Shown one piece after another: positions 62,900 through 64,000 of a stretch of DNA of 64,000 nucleotides. Under the pieces are notes generated by a model. The model had not been told where the DNA came from. It ran no database searches and saw only the letters and a list, made by a program, of their open reading frames with translations. Position numbers and translations under genes: made by a program. The number at the start of each line of letters is the position of its first letter. The first letter of the stretch is position 1. Source of the DNA: Schizochytrium sp. TIO01 (lineage: Eukaryota > Protista > Bigyra: Labyrinthulomycetes); contig SMSO01000035.1 of assembly GCA_004764695.1 (NCBI GenBank), forward strand, positions 620,001 to 684,000. The letters are read 5' to 3'.

Positions 62900-64000
62900 C
62901 GCTTCGTGCTCTCCCGTTTTGATTGCTCGAGCTTCTTCTTTTGCTCGTGCTTCTTCTCCTCACCAGAAGGGGGCATCTCTAATTGGCTTGCTATCATGAT
63001 GATAGAATGAACCTTATCAGGAGCTACTTCGTAGCACCTAGTATGCTTTTCTTTAAGCAAGTGCTAGTTCTGATACTAGTAGGTATCCACTAATGTAAGC
63101 TGTAGTGAGACTACAGGTTTAGGTACCTATACTATATTAAAAATTTTTTAAAAAATTCAGATAGTAAAGGTGAATCATTCCATAATAGGCCCTCTCCTTC
63201 TACAATGAAGTGATTGTTGTAACTTGAGTCTTTACTCAATTCAAAGTAATAATACTAAGGATACTCTGCCTTGCCAGGAGCTCCTCCTCTCAATGCTTTG
63301 GCTCGGATATCTATACACTTATTGGGCATTTAATAAAAAGGTGAATCAAAATTATATAGATATAAATTTCATCTTCAGGTGATATTTCTTTGAATCAGGA
63401 TCAACCTTGTTCTATGCTAGGTAGTAACACGGATGAAACCCGAGTGAGCGACTAATATATATATATAGAATCTAGGTCACAACTCTTCAAATATTACTAG
63501 AGAATCCTTTTAGATGGATAAGAACTTACGTAGAGACAAAGTTGTTTTAAAATTATATTATCATAGTAGTCTGTAAGGCAAGGCCAGAGTTAGTTGGTTT
63601 GGTGGCGCCTAATTTTAATCTTTTTAAAGTAAATGGATAAATTTCCTCTTGGGATTTCTTAAAATAATTGAAACATTAATTAAGATTTCCTTTATAACGT
63701 TCACACACAAGGAAAATTATCCATTGTGTTGAAGCAGAGTCTCCAACTGTTTCACAATTCCTTAAATAAAAATTTCAAGTTTCCTTTACCGAAACTGGCG
63801 TTGATTTGTTGAACTGAGTTTGAAAAGTCAAGCTCCTGGTGAACTGGAGAGTTCCGACTTAATATAACCTGCTTTGATAGACCAGCACTAAAGAATTTCA
63901 GGAGCTTTGGTGGCGGTCTTTTCGGCAAATTTAAGTTGAGGATTCTTTTATTATAGCTTCAGACTCTAAAAGCATAGTTTCCTTGATAGCTGGGATGAAC

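Overview
Eukaryotic, essentially intron-free genomic DNA, most consistent with a flagellated stramenopile protist such as a thraustochytrid/labyrinthulomycete. This is an inference from the long unspliced ORFs, AT-rich intergenic DNA, IFT80 and a nine-TM cadherin. About 15 protein-coding genes are supported. Recognisable ones are exocyst Sec6/EXOC3, IFT80, a GDT1/TMEM165 transporter, a kinesin, an MFS transporter and SF3B2. Others are a truncated conserved hypothetical gene, an ankyrin-IQ protein, two FHA proteins, a RING-PHD protein, an internally duplicated membrane protein, two small ORFs and a ~4360-aa C-type lectin/Cys-rich/cadherin/IPT-TIG/9-TM surface protein. The most unusual item is a GAR transformylase (PurN) fused behind two apparently dead purine-pathway domains (PurH cyclohydrolase-like and PurD-like). 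Also notable: a 70-aa ORF resembling DASH/Dam1 subunit Dad4/Dad1, an IWS1/TFIIS-N-like domain inside the RING-PHD protein, and a +1-frame overlap joining the ankyrin-IQ and FHA ORFs. A ~7.5 kb AT-rich gene desert carries a 76-bp copy of the IFT80 3' end and several palindromes. No rRNA, tRNA, CRISPR array or intact transposon was recognised. All family assignments are from motif recognition by eye; no searches were run.
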